NCBI GenBank assembly: GCA_041640575.1
Contig: JBEPZZ010000015.1
Coordinates: 1-10,111, forward strand
Length of the DNA stretch: 10,111 nucleotides
Direction of reading: 5' to 3'
Origin: Pseudothermotoga sp.
Lineage (GTDB): Bacteria > Thermotogota > Thermotogae > Thermotogales > DSM-5069
Shown here: positions 7,806 to 10,111 of the stretch, piece by piece
How positions within the stretch are numbered: position 1 is the stretch's first letter
Layout: every line of letters begins with the position of its first letter
Notes under the pieces: generated by a model
What the model saw: the letters and a program-made list of their open reading frames with translations, nothing else
Told to the model about the DNA's origin: nothing
Databases searched by the model: none
Position numbers and translations under genes: made by a program

Positions 7806-8729
7806 TTACAGGGCTTTGAAGTATTCAACTGTTAGTGCTAAACCTTCTTCTAGGCTTGTTTGTGGATTCCAACCAAGTTCCTTTTTTGCCTTTGACGAAT
7901 CAAGAATACTTTTTCTCAAATCACCTTTCCTGTGTGAACCGTAAACTGGTTCCTTTTGGTATCCAGTCAATCTTGAAAGAATCTTGAAAAGCTGATTTAC
8001 CGTTGTTCCAACACCAGTGCCTACGTTGTAAACACCACTAATACCTTCCTTCAAAGCCAACAAATTTGCTTGTACAACATCTTTGACATAGACATAGTCT
8101 CTGACGTATTCTCCGTCCCCAAAAATTGTAACCGCTTCATTTTTCAGCATTCTTGCTGTGAAAATCGCTACAACACCGGCTTCACCATTTGGATCTTGCC
8201 TTGGTCCATAAACATTTGCATATCTAAGGGAAACATAGTCCAAATTGTATTCTTTTTTGAAAAATTCCAAATACATTTCGACTGATCTTTTCGCTATACC
8301 GTACGGTGAAATCGGACGAGGTTCTACATCCTCAGGTGTCGGCGTGATAACACCATCTCCGTATATTGCGCCACCTGTCGAAGAAAAAATAAATTTTTTC
8401 ACACCATATTTCACCGATTTTTCAAGCAGAACTAGTGTTCCAATAATATTTGTTTGAGCATCTTTCGAAGGTTCCTTAACAGAAACACTCACACTTGCCT
8501 GAGCCGCCAGATGAAAAACGTAATCGAACTTGTGCAACTGGAAAACTCTCTCCATCATCTCAGAATCTTGAACACTCTGCTGATAAAAAAGAGCGGCTCT
8601 GTTCATATTATCCACTTTTCCAGTTGAAAGATTATCTACAACAACGATCTTATGACCTTGTTGCAACAACGCATCAACCAGGTGAGATCCTATAAATCCT
8701 GCCCCACCCGTTACAAGGATATTTGACAT
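7806..8729 (-). CDS. galE: NAD-dependent epimerase/dehydratase, UDP-glucose/UDP-hexose 4-epimerase-like (extended SDR)
   Basis: 307 aa. TGGAGFIGSH, DNLSTG, HLAAQASV, FSSTGGAIYG, catalytic YGIAK, LRYANVYGPRQ and RDYVYV. The exact nucleotide-sugar substrate cannot be read from sequence. Confidence 0.85.
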   Translation of the reverse strand: MSNILVTGGAGFIGSHLVDALLQQGHKIVVVDNLSTGKVDNMNRAALFYQQSVQDSEMMERVFQLHKFDYVFHLAAQASVSVSVKEPSKDAQTNIIGTLVLLEKSVKYGVKKFIFSSTGGAIYGDGVITPTPEDVEPRPISPYGIAKRSVEMYLEFFKKEYNLDYVSLRYANVYGPRQDPNGEAGVVAIFTARMLKNEAVTIFGDGEYVRDYVYVKDVVQANLLALKEGISGVYNVGTGVGTTVNQLFKILSRLTGYQKEPVYGSHRKGDLRKSILDSSKAKKELGWNPQTSLEEGLALTVEYFKAL

Positions 8730-8732
8730 TTT

Positions 8733-9275
8733 TCAATCACCCTCTTCTTCTTCTTCCTCTTCCTTCTCACCTTTTTCGATCACTGCCAAGTCCTCCAAAA
8801 CTTCTTTAGGAAGCTCCGGTGCATTTACAAGCATTCTGCTTTCCTTTATGAATTTCTCAAGTTCCTCTGCCATTGACTTATCAAAGTTAATTGTTAGTCT
8901 ATAAAATTCTTTTATCCTCTCCCTGGTTCTAGCTGTTAAATAATGGGATAAATGACGAGCTATCTTATCCCCTGCATCCATGGAGACACCCAGTACATAA
9001 TGGAAAAAGTTTCTCACTCTAGTTTGAAGAACAAGCATCATTCGAGCTTTTCTTTTTCCTTTGTTCGTGAGGGTTATTAAACCATATTTCTCATAGTCCA
9101 CATACCCTAAGTCTGCAAGCCTTCGAACAGCGTTTGTAACGCTTGGAAAAGTAACCCCTACCTTTCTTGCGACAGTGCTTATTCGTGCCGCCGGTTGTTT
9201 TTGTTGGATTTCGTAGATCACAACCAAATAATCCTCCAAAGTTGGTGTGAGAACTTTTTTCCTACCTCTTGGCAT
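8733..9275 (-). CDS. DtxR/MntR-family winged-helix transcriptional regulator with atypical metal site and acidic tail
   Basis: 180 aa. LTPTLEDYL..IY, HTH ARISTVARKVGVTFPSVTNAVRRL, wing GYVDYEKYGLITLT.KG, dimerisation region FF..VLGV...HLSHYL. GGAGGT RBS at 9288-9283. Confidence 0.88.
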   Translation of the reverse strand: MPRGRKKVLTPTLEDYLVVIYEIQQKQPAARISTVARKVGVTFPSVTNAVRRLADLGYVDYEKYGLITLTNKGKRKARMMLVLQTRVRNFFHYVLGVSMDAGDKIARHLSHYLTARTRERIKEFYRLTINFDKSMAEELEKFIKESRMLVNAPELPKEVLEDLAVIEKGEKEEEEEEEGD

Positions 9276-9280
9276 TCTTC

Positions 9281-9868
9281 CTACCTCCCTTTAAAATCAT
9301 CGTAAAATGTTCTAACTTTCTTTATGTCTTGCCAGGTTAGATCTTTCGGTGATCCTTTCTCCTTGGATGGGTTTCTTAGCAAATAACTTGGATGAAACAT
9401 TGGAAAGAGTTTTTTTCCGCCTTTCCATTCTATTTCCTTACCTCTATATTCAGTGATTGAAACATTTTGACCGAGGAAAAAGGAAAGTGCTGTACTTCCC
9501 AGCGGAACTATGTAAATTGGATCAACTATCATTATCTGAGCATACAAGAAGTGTCCGCAAGCCTTTTGTTCCTCAACGGTTGGTACTCGGTTTTCCGGAG
9601 GCCTACATTTCACAACATTACATATGTATACATCCTCACGTTTCAGTTGGACAGATTCAAGAATCTTGGTTAGCAATTGACCTGCTTTACCCACAAAAGG
9701 ACGGCCCGTCTTATCTTCCTCTTCGCCTGGACCCTCACCGACAAACATTATTGGGGCAAAAAGATCACCTTCTCCAACAACAACGTTAATTCGCTTCTCA
9801 TACAACGGACAAGCCGTGCACTTTTCTATGCGTTCTGAGACTATTTTCATCAGTTCCTCCCTAGTCAC
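9281..9868 (-). CDS. udg: Family 4 (thermostable, 4Fe-4S) uracil-DNA glycosylase
   Basis: CTAC, motif A VGEGPG, GRPFVG.AG.LL, NVVKCRPP.NR, fourth Cys in KACG, motif B FHPSYLLR. Start moved from TTG 9883 to GTG 9868, which lies 8 nt after GGAGG (9881-9877). This gives 195 aa. Confidence 0.95.
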   Translation of the reverse strand: MTREELMKIVSERIEKCTACPLYEKRINVVVGEGDLFAPIMFVGEGPGEEEDKTGRPFVGKAGQLLTKILESVQLKREDVYICNVVKCRPPENRVPTVEEQKACGHFLYAQIMIVDPIYIVPLGSTALSFFLGQNVSITEYRGKEIEWKGGKKLFPMFHPSYLLRNPSKEKGSPKDLTWQDIKKVRTFYDDFKGR

Positions 9869-9892
9869 GAAAATTCCCTCCAAAAGTTCGTC

Positions 9893-9921
9893 AAAAACTA
9901 TGTTTCAAGATAATAGTTTTT
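9893..9921. promoter_or_regulatory. 9-bp inverted repeat with 11-nt spacer; candidate operator or 5'-leader hairpin of the udg operon
   Basis: AAAAACTAT (9893-9901), then GTTTCAAGATA, then ATAGTTTTT (9913-9921). It lies between the -10 box and the udg RBS. Confidence 0.45.
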
Positions 9922-9925
9922 TTAA

Positions 9926-9934
9926 ATTATACCA
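9926..9934 (-). promoter_or_regulatory. Extended -10 promoter of the udg-dtxR-galE-rarA-amidase operon
   Basis: Minus strand TG-G-TATAAT (9934-9926) is a perfect extended -10 consensus. No recognisable -35 at 16-18 nt spacing. Confidence 0.7.
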
Positions 9935-10061
9935 TAACACTATACTCATATTTTAGTCTTGTGAAATATCGCAAAAGTTCAAAGATCGGAAAAATCTTTT
10001 TCAATCTTTGTTGTTGCTTTTACTATTTATTCAAGTGAAGGTGGGGTTAAACTCTCTACAT

Positions 10062-10111
10062 TTATTCTACCTGCTGATTTCCAATTGCGTCCCTTATTTT
10101 CTCTAAAAGTC
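10062..10111 (-). CDS. Possible 3' end of an upstream gene entering from the right edge (unidentified)
   Basis: One minus frame reads ...LLEKIRDAIGNQQVE* with TAA at 10064-10062. A second minus frame is also open for about 27 codons, so the frame is uncertain. Confidence 0.25.
   Translation of the reverse strand, partial: LLEKIRDAIGNQQVE

Noticed and set aside
8742..8765. CTT/CTC triplet run as a phase-variable microsatellite
   Set aside because: In-frame Glu codons of mixed GAA/GAG, explained by the acidic protein tail.
7708..9789. Short plus-strand ORFs at 7708, 8070, 8245, 8495, 9457 and 9467
   Set aside because: Antisense shadows of rarA, galE and udg with no protein-like signatures.
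5622..9883. Reading the AAA+ ATPase, glycosylase and HTH cluster as an anti-phage defence system
   Set aside because: The ATPase is canonical RarA and the glycosylase canonical family-4 UDG. There is no nuclease or effector domain, mobility gene or evident compositional shift.
9881..10010. Direct repeat CAAAAGTTC (9881-9889, 9972-9980) and weak inverted repeat AAAGAT-N7-ATCTTT (9981-9999)
   Set aside because: Only two copies or a 6-bp AT-rich stem in low-complexity DNA. This is not a CRISPR array and is too weak to call a terminator or operator.

Overview
Gene-dense, AT-rich bacterial window. The proteins closely resemble, from memory, Thermotogota (Thermotoga/Pseudothermotoga-like) orthologues; the taxonomy is an inference. 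Left: a minus-strand maltose/maltodextrin-type ABC operon, malE-malF-malG. malG is absent from the ORF track, runs off the left edge and carries a very large helical/coiled-coil extracytoplasmic insert. The operon has a TTGACA-N18-TAAAAT promoter and a GC-rich hairpin between malE and malF. Centre: a divergent sn-glycerol-1-phosphate dehydrogenase (EgsA/AraM family). Right: a tightly packed minus-strand operon of family-4 uracil-DNA glycosylase, DtxR/MntR-family regulator, GalE-like epimerase, RarA AAA+ ATPase and acetamidase/formamidase. It has an extended -10 promoter and an AT-rich 9-bp inverted repeat over the predicted start site. No mobile elements, CRISPR arrays or RNA genes were seen, and the region is mostly core genome. 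The most notable oddities are the DtxR-family protein, which has lost most metal ligands and carries an AT-hook-like N-terminus and acidic tail, its candidate operator, the giant MalG insert and the stand-alone G1P dehydrogenase.
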